A stretch of DNA of 63,072 bases, counting the filler, from Hausera hauseri (Eukaryota): assembly GCA_046269625.1 (NCBI GenBank). It is 12 parts of 12 records of this genome, joined end to end, with 100 filler letters (N's around TTAATTAATTAA, not from the genome) between each part and the next. Parts side by side here need not be neighbours in the genome. Positions count along the whole stretch, not along the records: positions 22,295 to 27,384 come from JBJURY010339269.1; positions 27,485 to 34,391 come from JBJURY010053107.1; positions 34,492 to 39,468 come from JBJURY010373259.1; 9 more parts are not named here. One strand, written 5' to 3'. Shown here piece by piece: positions 24,530-36,717 of this stretch. The first letter of the stretch is position 1; each line of letters begins with the position of its first letter. The translations under genes were made by a program, and so were the position numbers. Below the pieces are notes generated by a model, which was not told where the DNA came from, ran no database searches, and saw only the letters and a list, made by a program, of their open reading frames with translations.

Positions 24530-27384
24530 CTTAGGTTGTAATGTTTGACTGGTCTTATATCTGTTTTAACTACCCCTTGGATTGATACGACTTCCTCTTT
24601 GCCGTTTTTGTTAACATAGACTGTTGTGCGGATGATTTCATATAGTCCTCTTTCAGTATGTGTTAATTTCAAGGACGTACCTTTCTTCGCGACTGGGTAA
24701 TGTATATAAACCCAATTTCCTTTTTCCAGATTGTGAGACTTAGTCTTTTTATTATATTGCTTTTTAAATTGTTCCTGATATTCGAGTGATAAGGTTTTTG
24801 CAACTTCCCAACACTTTTGCAATATTGTCTGTAAGACTTCGGCAAAGTTTTGCTCTAAATCCTCGAGGTTCTTTTTGTACGGTGTCATGCCTCGATCTGT
24901 GGATAAGATTGCTTCTCGTCCATACATTATAAAGAACGGCGTAAATCCTGTTGCTGGATGTGGAGTTGTGTTAATCGCAAACTGTGTTCCTTCTAGGAAT
25001 TCGTCCCAATCCTTTTAGTCCTTGGCCACTACTGTTGATAATATAGGAATAACGGCCGCGTTCATTCGTTCGACCATTTTATTACATTGGGGGTGGTATG
25101 CGGTAGCGGTTAAACGTTCAATTTTAAATATCTTGGTAATCTTTTCAAATAAATCGCTTGTGAAGTTCCTTCCTCTATTTGTTAAAATTTGTTCTGGTGG
25201 TCCGTACCTGCAGATGATTTTTCGTACCACTGCGTCGGCTAAAGTTTCTGCCTTTTGATCTATTAGTGTCACCAATTCAACAAAGTGCGTTAGTCGATCT
25301 ACGAATGTTAGAATATATCTGTTATTTCTGTGAGTTTACGGCAAAGGTCCTACTATATCTATAGACATAGCTTGCATGGGCCTATCTGGTACGTTTATGG
25401 TTTTTAATTCTGCTACGTAGCCTTTCGTTTTCTTCTGTTTTGTCGCGCAAACTTCGTACGCTCCTACCCAATTCTTTACATCAATATAAATACTTGGCCA
25501 GTAGTATTTATTTAATATCCTTTTCAATGCCTTCTTCCAAGACATGTGTCCGGCTAAATATGAATCATGTTCGGCCATGAGTACTTCGATGCGTAGTCCT
25601 TTTGGAATAACTATTAGTCTTCTTTCTTTTCGCTTGTAATATAGGATATTATCTTGGTTCGATGCATGATATTATATCCGTGTTTCTGTAAATGCTTTTT
25701 CAGTTACCGTCCTTGGGGCATTTTGCCGTTTTGCGCGAATTCAACAATTTGTTGAATAACCTTATCTTTAGCTTGTTCTGCTGTAATTTTAATCGTCCTA
25801 TCCAGTATTAGAGTTCTTTGTCGTTCAACCAGTTGTTCGAGTTGCGGTCTATTTACTGTGGTAATTGCACTTGTTTTTATCTTTAATCTTGACAGTGCGT
25901 CGGCATTGACATATCTGTTACCTGGTTTGTATTGGAATTCAATATTATATCGTGAGATTTCCTCGATCCAACGGTTTAATCTACATGTTGGATTATTAGC
26001 TCGTTCTTTCAATGTCATAACTGCTTTGTGGTTGGTCACTATTAAAATCTTTTGTCCGTAGACATAGACATTAAAGTGTCGTAGTGCTTCCTTCAAGGCT
26101 AACGTTTCTAATTCGGTAACCGAATAATTCTTTTCTACTTTCTTTAACGAGCGTCCACCATAGGCTATTGGGTGTTCTAGTTCTTCATCTCCTCGTTTCT
26201 GAAATAATTCGTATCATATGCCTTCTTTACTTGCATCTGTTTTAATGATGATTGGTAGGTTAAAATCAGGGTATCTTAAAACTGGTTCGCTTGTCAAAAT
26301 TTTATTCATTTTGTCGAATGCTTTTTGTTTCAATTCCGTCCATCTCCACTTGGTTCCTTTTTGAGAAGGTGATATAGTGGCGCGTTAATTTTCGAATTGT
26401 CTGGTACGTAGGTGGCGTAATATCCATATAGGCCTAACCAGTGTATTAACTCTTTTTGATTTTGTGGTTCCATACAATCGGATATTTTATTTAGCAGGGA
26501 TTTATCCGGTTTTTATCCTCTTTCTACAATTATGTGTCCGAGGTACAAAACTGCGTTTTGTGCCCATTTACATTTCTTTGGATTTAGTTTCAACCCTGCT
26601 TGTTCCAGTCGCATGAGTGTATCTTCAATGTCCCTTAAATGCTCTTCTTCCGTTTTTGATGCTATAATTACGTCGTCTAAGTACGCGAATGCATGATCAA
26701 GTCCTATGAGCATCTTATCATCATAGTAAAAATAGCTGGTCCTGTGGTGATGCCGAAAGGTATAACATTAAATTTGTATACGCCATCGCGTGTCTTAAAC
26801 GCTGCCTTGTATCGATCTTCTTCTTCGATTTCTACTTGCCAGTATCCCGATTGTAAGTCGAGAATGGTAAACCATTTCGCACCTGATAGTCTGTTTAAAG
26901 CTTCCTTTACCGATGGTAGGGAGAACGAGTCTTTTATCATAAACGTGTTTATTGCTCGGTAATCTTTACAAAATCGCTGTTTTGTTGTTCCTTTCTTTTT
27001 AACCATAAGTATAGGTGAGTACCATGATCGGTAGCTTTCTCGAATTATATAGGCCTTTAACATTCGCTCCACTTCTTTAGTTATTTCTGGTCTCAAAGAA
27101 TGTGGAGGCGGGTACCATTTGGGCATTTTCTCTCCTTTTAGATCGATTTCATCATTCAAGCCGGTTTTCTTTCTTAATGGAATCGTTAATCGTAGGGCTT
27201 TGGCTCTGCCGATGTCTTCCTCATTTTGTGCGAGTATCGAACTGTATTTACATAATAATTTGTAGAACTTGCAATACTCCTCAGGAGAGAATTTAGTTTC
27301 GACGTGATGTGGAAATTCAGCACACTTATATGGTTTTTCTTCTATCGTTATTGCTGATACTCTGCAAGTGTGACCTAAAGTAGT
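24530..27384 (-). mobile_element. pol: Ty3/gypsy pol (RT-RNase H-integrase), disrupted, 5'-truncated
   Basis: LDLQSGYWQV, AYLDDVII, NADALSR, integrase H-H/C motif, SIDIVGPLP and TAYHPQCN..VER, in RT-RH-IN order. Confidence 0.92.
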
Positions 27385-27485
27385 NNNNNNNNNNNNNNNN
27401 NNNNNNNNNNNNNNNNNNNNNNNNNNNNTTAATTAATTAANNNNNNNNNNNNNNNNNNNNNNNNNNNNNNNNNNNNNNNNNNNNG

Positions 27486-27752
27486 AATGGAAAAACTACA
27501 TGTCCAGTATGCCGCGCAGAAGCTGCCGATCTAAAATACTATTCCAATGGCAGCTACACCCAAATAGTCAGGATCAAACCTTATCATAGCTATGAGCTTG
27601 AAAGACACTCTAGAGAAGATCAGCCAAGTACCAGCTCAGATTCTAGTCTAAGAAGACGTATGGAACTGTTAAGAGACCCACGTCGTCGCGGCACCTCTAC
27701 TGACGCAATTGGCACATCCGAGGATGCCGTTCAGGGAGGAGAAATGTTATAA
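27486..27752 (+). CDS. 3' end of an ORF with a RING-finger-like C-terminal half-motif, reading through the PPT into the LTR
   Basis: Open frame from the contig edge: NGKTTCPVCRAEAAD...GTSEDAVQGGEML*. Confidence 0.5.
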   Translation, partial: NGKTTCPVCRAEAADLKYYSNGSYTQIVRIKPYHSYELERHSREDQPSTSSDSSLRRRMELLRDPRRRGTSTDAIGTSEDAVQGGEML

Positions 27753-28495
27753 CTGAGCACAATGAAAAATACAGTGTAAAGAAACCTGTACATATTATCT
27801 AGCAATAATAATCATTCTATGCGTATATAGTAATTAGCAGTATCTATATTAATTAGCAATAGTTTTTGTTGTATTGTCTGCAATTTGTAATTAATCATTC
27901 CCGAGAGAAAGTAATGCTTTTGTTGTAAAATGATTATCAGCGAAAGTAATAGAAAATCAACAACAGAAATAAAGAAAAATACACAGATAATCTAAAAAAA
28001 ATTAGATGCTGAGGGAAGTCAGAAAGTTATATAAAGAACTGCTAAAACGAGAAGGGAGAGAACAAATTGGTGATTGCGATATTCAGCTCCGAAATAAATT
28101 CCTCAAATTTCGTCGCGATAGACATTGATATTGATACCTGTTTGTTCTTGATATTCGAGTGTATACGGATACGTCGTTGAGCGAATTGTTTTTATTTGGT
28201 AATTTTATTGAATATACATTTATTAAAATCTCTTGTAGTTTTCTTCGCCCCTTAAGGATGATTGGACCACAGTAAGGTTAAAATCCAGACTTAATATATA
28301 TATAGTTAGGAGAAGAATCTACTAGTAAATTACGCAAGAAGTAACGCACGCATTAACCGGCACAGAGATATAAATTCGTTAAGGTACAGGCAGTCTATAC
28401 GATTACGATAGACCGGCTTGCATAGAAATAGTAAATTCAAGTGAAATTATTGTTATATAGCGGGAGTCGAATAGGGCCCACCCCTATATATAACA
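27745..28495 (+). repeat. LTR (751 bp)
   Basis: Inverted termini TGTTATA...TATAACA. PPT AGGGAGGAGAAA lies immediately upstream and the PBS 2 nt downstream. TATA box at ~28028, ATTAAA at ~28222. Confidence 0.85.
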
Positions 28496-28497
28496 TT

Positions 28498-28515
28498 TGG
28501 CGACCCTAGCAGGAC
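28498..28515 (+). promoter_or_regulatory. Primer binding site, tRNA-Arg(UCG)-like
   Basis: TGGCGACCCTAGCAGGAC, close to the tRNA-Arg PBS TGGCGACCGTGACAGGAC of 412/mdg1-type elements. Confidence 0.75.
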
Positions 28516-28895
28516 AGTCTGAACCTCGCTAAACTCACTTCTCAGAGTTAAATAATTACATATCGGCGAACAGCGCCATTCATACCAAGTAATTGGATAT
28601 ATATATAGAAACTAAAATCTATTGGGATATAAGGTTATTCTGACGGGGATAAGTAAAGCAAACGTAACTGAGAACAATCATTGATAGACCAGGATTAAAT
28701 CATATACTAAAAGATAATTCCCCTATACGTGATACACATAGGAACATATATAGAGAAACAGAAAAAGTAGATAAACGTTCGAATTCTGAGAATAGAATTA
28801 AACTAGACGACATTAAGCACAAAAACCAATTTAAAACTCCACGCGAAAAACTTAAAGTAAATAAACCGAATATAGAGTTAGATAAAGTAAATATA

Positions 28896-29925
28896 ATTGC
28901 AGCCGATAACGCACCAGTAGCACAGAAGCTGGACGTCTTCACTTTCGATTCTCTAAACTTGCCGGCATATGATGGAGACCCAGACGGGCTTAACAACTTC
29001 TTGAGATCTTACAATTTGCATGCAGAAGGTGCTAGTCTTACTCCGGAGGTAATGATCAAACGCTTGTCGTTGTATTTAAAGAATTTAGCCGCGGATGCTT
29101 ATAGCGAACTTACTAACGATGAGAAGAAAACTTGGTCCTCACTGGTAGGAGCATTAAATCGTAAATTATTGCCGACCGTAACGCCGCAACAGAAACTTAT
29201 GGCATTTCAGAATAGAGTACAGCAAAAAGGTGAATCAGTAACCCAATTCGCTTTTGCGTTAAAGAAACTTGCTAATAGTTATATTAGTACATTACGAATA
29301 GCTAACGTAGCTAAAGCTAAGACAGATGCGGAACGTGAAGCCTCTGAGAAGGCAACACCGCCAGACCTAGACGTCATGATGACGACACAACTAATTTATG
29401 GTATTTGGTCACGAGATTTAGTCAAACAGCTAATTTTAGCTAGACCTGAAAATTTCGAAGGAACTTTACAGTTGGCTCAGGATTTAGAAATGGCGTTAGA
29501 CAAATACGCCAGATATAGTGATAGAAACGATAGAAATAAGGACCGAAGTGATCGCAGCGATAGAAATCGCGAAAGGGATGATAGACAATTTACAGGAAAT
29601 AAAAATTATGGGAATAAATATAATAACGGCGGTTATAGAAACGGTCGAGGTAATTACTCTAATATGAATCGGTTAGATTCTAACTGGGATAGAAATAGAG
29701 GAAATTATAAAGGTTCGAACTAATCGAGTCATAACGGTGACAACCGACATAATGATACTAGACGAAGTGCAGATAATATGCAAAATTCACCAAACCAGCA
29801 TAATAAAAGTGAAAGTAGATCTAAGTCACCAGTGAACGAAGATGGTCGACAAAGAGTCGGCAGAAATGGAAATTTAGTTTGTTTTACTTGTGGTAAAGAA
29901 GGACACATTTCGAGAACATGCCCAA
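28896..29925 (+). pseudogene. gag: Gag: capsid, R/N/D-rich region and a single CCHC knuckle; one in-frame stop
   Basis: PAYDGDP..L..FL, RVQQKGESVTQFAFALKKLA (MHR-like) and CFTCGKEGHISRTC at 29880-29921. Confidence 0.88.
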
Positions 29926-32900
29926 ATCCGCGTAGTGTCTCATTCACTAAGACCAACAAGACTAGTATGATCCGAACTAATGAAAATTTAGAGGCAAAGT
30001 ATGGCGTTCGCGGAGACACAGGTACTATCATTGATATACAGGACTTGAGAAAATTCTTGGATGCTCAGCCAGATACTAATAACTTACAAATTTTGATGGC
30101 TAGAAGAGAATACGGAGATAAGTTGAGACTACTAGAAGTGTACCACGGTTTAGCCGAACCAAGAACGGAATATCAGCATGCAATAGCACCTAAACGAATT
30201 GATATGACACGGAAAAGAGTGTTCCGATGAGTAATAAACCGTCTGATAAACCAAGTACATCGGCAGAAGTCGACTTAGATGCAGTGCCTGAGTTTACGGG
30301 CGAGAAAATGGATAAGCCTATTGATGACGAAACGGCAGAAAAGAAATTTATAGAACCGTTAATACTTAAAATTACGAAAAACAGAGGTCGTAGCCCTTCC
30401 TTAAAAACGGAACGTAGTACTCGTTCACGTTCCAAAATAACTAGAGAGAAAATTGAAGAAACGGAAAACTCGAACGTCGTCTTAGGAAACGACACGAAAC
30501 ATAGTTTGAATACCCCGGAAATCGACCCACTTACGCCTGTCGGAAGAGCGGAGTCGGTAGAATTGACTAATGAAATTAATGAAATTTGTCCACTTCCCAT
30601 TAGTGAGGAAGAAACGGCCAACAATTACGATTTCAATTCAAAAAAATGGAAAATCCGACGCTCATGGAAAAACGCCGACGAATTAAAGAAAATAAGAATT
30701 TACTGTTTAGAGCCCGAAATATTGCAACGAAATTTAGAGAAGCTCAAGCAGATTAGCGAACAAGTTGATATATCCGGTAAAGAGCAGCAATACGTCGAGA
30801 AGTTATATAAAAGCTTGAAATTACGCAGTGAAGGAAAATTCGTTGAAGCAATCGAGGTGAGGCAACCTGAAGAGGTGTCCCCGGAAATATTATGGAAATG
30901 GAAAGCAAATTGGAATTGTGAAGAGGGTTGGAAATTTCGGAAGGATGGAACAAAAATGAAGAAAGTATCGATGTAAAAATTACCCAAGCTCAAACGCTAT
31001 TATCAACGTTAGAGGAAAATCCAAAACTGAAGAGAGTAGTCCACAATTTAAAACGTATAATGGATGAAGTTCAATACGCAATAACTAAACGACTTAGGGA
31101 AAAACCGGTTAACCATCGAGGTAATATCGATCTGGAAGTATTGGGAATAGACCCGCTGGATATTCCTCCCCTAACGGAAATGATAAAAGTCGCATTTGAT
31201 ACGTCCAAACAATATACAAACTTGGAGAATCGGTTGAAGATAGAAAATGAAAAGCGAGCACAAATCTACAGCTTGAGAAATAGAATCATGTCCCCAACCC
31301 ACGAGGAGACTCAATATATAGTAAAGGCTTGTATCGTAGAGTTAGACGAATACAAGGACGAGTTTAGTTATATCGGACGAGTTATGAATTTCCTAAAAGA
31401 ACCGGACGATGAGTTAGAAGACGCCTATAAGATGCTAGATAAAGCCATAATGGCAAAACCTGTAATCACAAATCAATTGTCGGAATGGTTCGAGCTAGTA
31501 ACGCGACTAACCAAATTGGTAGAAGACCGTAGAACGAAATTTCCGCAAAGCGATTCAATGGTGAAAAAGCAACTAGAGGAATGTGTACACGACTTAGCCA
31601 CGTTGATAATAGAAATAAACATCCGTGCTTAATTTGAAGCGCTACGACAACTAAAATTTATGAAAAAGGAACAGGAAGCATCGACGATGGAAGAAATCTA
31701 CAAATTAATTGAAGAGACGAACTATACGGAGAAACGGAATATGATTTACGATGTATATTTGAAGTTAAGCATCGTCCGACTAGAAGGGATTCAATATTTA
31801 ATCGGGAAACCAATCGACGAAATTTCTGCACAAAATATTGAAATTTTGGACATTTGTCCAGGATACCGAGATACGCTAATGGATTCACTAAGGTTTCTAC
31901 ACAAACCTTAAGAATGGATAACCGAATTAGATTAGAATTTCCATACGAAATTGGTAGAAATCGGAAACGACCCACATTTTAGTTTTTAGGAACACAAGTT
32001 CGTGAAGAAATTATCGGATGCAATGGACCCTGATTCAAAGGCTATAAATGAGATGTACGAGTTAGTCTATTTATTGGTGGAAATGACAAAAATCAGTGAT
32101 TAACAGATGAGACAATTGATGCCCAGGATACATAAAGTAAAAGAAACATGTATTAAAACGAAACAAAGGGCGATAAGGTTAGACGAAATAACAAAAGAAC
32201 TTGAAGTCTACCGAAACAAATATGCTTTTACCGAGTCCGAAATTAAGAATAAACAAGAATTTGTACAAAGATGGCAAAAGGATGTGATTCTTGAATTAAC
32301 AGATTATCACCAAAAAGGGCTAATCGACTCTAACGAATTCGGTGAATTATTGAAGACGATTCAATATGCCTGCGGAAACGGAGTAGGTTTCCGAACGATG
32401 AAAATGAAAGAAATGCAACCTAAACTAAAGGAAATTTGGGAAAACATTCAAAGAGCCAATACAGCTTTAGTGGACTACCGACTTCCGGATGTCGGAAACG
32501 AACCCAAATGGGATGCATACTTCGACAAAATACTTGCCGGAAAACCAATGACTCCAGTACAGCTAAGCGAAATAGAAACATGTCCCAAAGACAGAAGATT
32601 CAATGTGGAAATGGTACTAGATTCAGCGCTAACTGAAAAAGATTCGATGGAATTAATTAACGTAAATATTACTGAGAATAAACTACAACTTATTCTAACG
32701 TTAACTAAATTATCTAGCGAAAACACGATTTATAGTACGGTGCAGAAACTTTTGATAAGGAAGTACGCAAAAATCTTAAGGAAAAAACCAGAGGTAGCGA
32801 CAAAAATACTGGTATCATCCGAGTGGATGGATGAAAAAGAATGTGAATTAACCACTTATTCCTATGTAAAGGATGTGAGAGAATAGTTATTAAACAATGG

Positions 32901-33735
32901 CGGGACAAATGAGTTAAATTACAGATTCTACTTTAGAATCTGTACTCGACGACTTAGAACAGCTGATAGATGTCGGAATTATTTCTGATGAAACAAATCG
33001 GATAGTGGTCACAATAGGTAACGAACAGACAAAAGAGGAAGCCACACGTAAGGCTAAAGCAGAACAATGCGTCGGACAAATTATGGGAGTCCGAGACGCT
33101 GCACTATATTTTGAGTATATACAAACGGACGAAGATAAAGAACAATACGACATAAATTTAGCACCACTAAGCGAAGCAAACCCGAAAGGCCCAAGGCCAA
33201 AACGTCCAGTAGGCAGACCTAAAAAATGCGAGAAGAAGTGGACTACAATGGAGAAATAATTAGATAATTGAAACAGATGTCGATTCCGACTTTTAGCCCA
33301 GATAACGAGGAATTAAGTGAATTAATGAAGAATTTAATACGAATTGTAAATTACTCCAGCCTTCGAGGAGATGTGTTAGACGATAAAGAAAAGATAATAT
33401 TTGATGCAGCCAAAATGATGAAAAGTTCACGTTTCAAACTATCAAAAAGTAACTTAACCGATGAGTCAGTAATAGAAAAGATCATGGTAGAAAACACGAA
33501 TAAAGAATTGAGAAAAGTTTTGCTGTATTTGGCTATCAAAGTAAGTCCTAACCGAGAGAACGAAATCAACAGAGCTATAAGCTTAGCACGAAAAGCAGCG
33601 AGAAGACTGCCCTACGAAGTAAGTTGGTCAAGGTTATTCGAGAAAGAAAAAGATAAACGCAATAACAATAAACTGGATGACATAATACGCAACCTGACAA
33701 TGTCAGACGTAGGAGGTCGAAAGAACGAATCAAAT
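29926..33735 (+). pseudogene. Long unknown, largely helical polyprotein region in the position of pol; includes a ubiquitin-like domain (~32800-33020) and an AT-hook (~33195-33225)
   Basis: Consecutive ORFs 29778-34443 separated only by single stops or frameshifts, colinear with the copy at 59160-62890. No RT, RNase H or integrase motifs. KRPVGRPKK present. Confidence 0.7.
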
Positions 33736-34391
33736 TGGCTAATTAGCTTGCTCACTTTAATGATGTTGATCAAGCACATAGGCGCTGTAACCGTCTATGA
33801 CTGCGATAAGTTTAAGTTAGGACAAAGATACTCCCTAATGGATCTGGAAGCTTGCGAAGATGCCAGACCGCACAAATTGGAAACAAGAGAGAAAAATTAT
33901 TTTCTATATCAACAGCAAGAATTGGTATCGTTAGATGGAATAAAATGCATGTTGAGACGATCGCGTAGCATTTTCCATTGTGGATTAATTCATGGTCACT
34001 CCTCTATAATTAAACCGACCACACCGCTTATTCCGATGAACCTAGAACGTCAACATTGTAAACAAGCCAAGGAAACTGGGAAATTACAATGGAATAGCCT
34101 ACAATTGGAAATGCAACCCGGAAAAATAATTAGAGCATATAAAGTAATATCTAGAAAGTTAGATATGCATAGCGGACATTGTAGCGGAGCAGAATACGAC
34201 ACAGAAAAAGGATTAGAACCAAACGTAGTAGTTGTAGATTTTTATGAATCAGAAATGCAATCACAAAAGGTAATGTTCCATAGTGTCACTAAATTATATA
34301 CAGAAAACCCAAAATGTCATTTACAAGACGGAACCTGTGCTTTTAGAAGCTCGGTTATAATATGGGAACCTCCCTCTGGAAGGAGTTGTAA
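33736..34391 (+). CDS. Signal peptide plus chuvirus-like (class III) envelope glycoprotein N-terminus, truncated by the contig end
   Basis: WLISLLTLMMLIKHIGA, then VYDC..YSLMDLEAC..YQQ..IKC..SIFHCGLIHGHSS..C..A..TG and GHCSG, matching the GYDC/SLLDVxxC/YCGxHSH pattern of Jingchuvirales glycoproteins. Confidence 0.75.
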
Positions 34392-34491
34392 NNNNNNNNN
34401 NNNNNNNNNNNNNNNNNNNNNNNNNNNNNNNNNNNTTAATTAATTAANNNNNNNNNNNNNNNNNNNNNNNNNNNNNNNNNNNNNNNNNNNN

Positions 34492-36602
34492 ATTTGCACG
34501 TTGCGCTATATTAAACTTAAACTATATTATATTAACCTTAAAGTAAATCCACAACTTCAATAAAACAGTTGTTTAAATGCACATGTATTCCTTGCTGTAA
34601 ACATTTATTTCAAGTTTGTATATAAATTTACATTAATTTATAGGTTTAAACCATATTTTTTGCTAAGGTTCTGCTGCATTATTCTTTTTAGAATTATATT
34701 CAGTAACTACCATGAATCGACAATGTGTTAATAATCCAGATACTTTCTGCTTCATTTGTGGACAATTCACAACTATAGCCAGACGCAAGCCAATTTAATG
34801 GGTAATAAAATCTTCATATCTGCAGTACCTTGGTGTTAAAGTCGGGGACCAGAACAAGCAATGGGCACCTCATATCTCTCGCTGAACATATTACAGTGGT
34901 CTTCGTGGATTGGTCAACATTAAGCGAAAAAGCATGCCGTTTGCAGTACCGATGGTTTGGCATGAACTAAGGGATCACGTAACAGACTGCTACTTTTGCC
35001 AAACTAATGTATCTGGGTTTTCCTGAGCAAATAAAGGCAAAAGTCAATATCCTGATGTCCCATGTGCAATCAGACCAGTACCACATTCAGACAAACTTTT
35101 GATTCTTGTCCCGTCGTTAACGAATATCGAGTTTTCCGGTGACAAACTGACAGCTGAAAACAGTAGCAGTGATTTTGAATATTTTGATATGTCATTTTTG
35201 AAGAAACCACACATGATTAGTCAGAGTGAACTGAACGAGCTAGTAATGGATCTTCGTCTATCAAAAAAACAATCCGAAATTCTTGGATCCAGACTTCACC
35301 AGTGGAACTTGTTGGCCCCTGAGGTCTGCATAGCAAAGTTCCGAGTATGTGCTAATGATTTCAAAGGTTTTTTCAAAGAGGAGAATCTAATCAGTTTCTG
35401 TTGTGACATTGATAGACTGCTAAATGCTATTCATTTGCATCATGATCCCAGTGAATGGCGTCTATTTATAGATGCCTGAAAAACAAGTCTGAAAGCAGTA
35501 CTTCTACACAACACTAACGTATTGCCAAGTGTTCCTGTTGCCCACTCTGTACATCTGAAGAAGTCCTATGAAGAAGTCCATTCAGTACGTCAAGTAAAAA
35601 TGCCATATATGTGGGGAATTTAAGGTAATTGGCTTATTACTTGGAATGCAGTTGGGCTTTACCAAAGACTGTTGCTTTTTTGCCTTTGGAATTCACGTGC
35701 GACAGAGGATTACTATACAAAGAAACATTCCTAGAGAAACATTCTCATCTGGACAGAGCCGTATGCAGCATGTGGATCCTCAGAAAATCTGTTTGTCTCC
35801 ACTTAATATCAAACTGGGGTTAATAAAGAATTTTGTAAAAGCCCTGGATAAAAGTGGCACTGCATTTAAATTTTTGATAGCCAAGTTTCCTACAATAACT
35901 GAAGCAAAGTTAAACGAGGGCATTTTCGTTGGTCCCCAAATCAGAAAATTAATGTGCAATACAGAATTTGAATGCTTCATGAATGAGACAGAACGAAATG
36001 CATGGACATCAGTCAAGGATTTGTGTCGTGGATTTCTGGGAAATGAAAAAGCAGAGAACTACGAAGAACTTATAGAAGCATTGCTTTTCTACTACCATAA
36101 ACGTGACTGCCAAATGTTACTGAAAATGGACTTTCTACATTCCCATTTTGATTTCTTCCTTTCCAACCTTGGCCATGTTAGTGGTGAACATGGTGAACGT
36201 TTTCACCAACAGACTACAGATGTAGAAAAACGTTATCAGCGAAAGTGGAATGGAGCTATGTTGGCAGAGTACTGTTGGTCAACATTTCGCGATTTATCAT
36301 ATGAACAATACAAAAGCAAATGTTAACATAACTTATGTACAGTCACCTATTGCTTTTTTAAATATAAAAATCGTTTGTGCAGTAACCACCTACTTTCGTT
36401 TTAAGACACATTACTCAACACTACTGTTTACAAACATTGTATATAAGATATTATAATGTAGAATATATTTTGCGAATATCTCATTAGTATGACATGATAG
36501 AATAAAAATAAACATATATTTGAAATCAGCGTGAAACGTTTTATAAGAATCATATAATTTGATTTCAGACACAGACAAAAAGTTAAAAATTGTTGTCCAG
36601 TG
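34492..36602 (+). mobile_element. Chapaev3-like (CMC superfamily) DNA transposon, transposase disrupted (~34712-36326)
   Basis: CVNNPDTFCFICG, WAPH, MPFAVPMVW..DCYFC, WRLFID, IKLGLIKNFVKAL, GIFVGPQIR and EHGERFHQ; terminus ..TTGTTGTCCAGTG. Confidence 0.75.
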
Positions 36603-36717
36603 TAATTAGTTATTTAGTTACCTTGCCTCCTTGGTTAACAAACTGTGTGTCTTGCACAGAAATGGAAGAGATACCCATCAGGGGATTTAACGTAATCAAA
36701 ACAGCATGCCATTTATA

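Noticed and set aside
30005-30035. DTG as a retroviral protease active site after Gag
   Set aside because: Lacks the hydrophobic-hydrophobic-D-T-G-A context, and the second copy reads DIS at this position.
22295-34391. pol (minus) and gag/env (plus) as one divergent bipartite locus
   Set aside because: An artificial linker at 27385-27484 separates them, so adjacency is not evidence.
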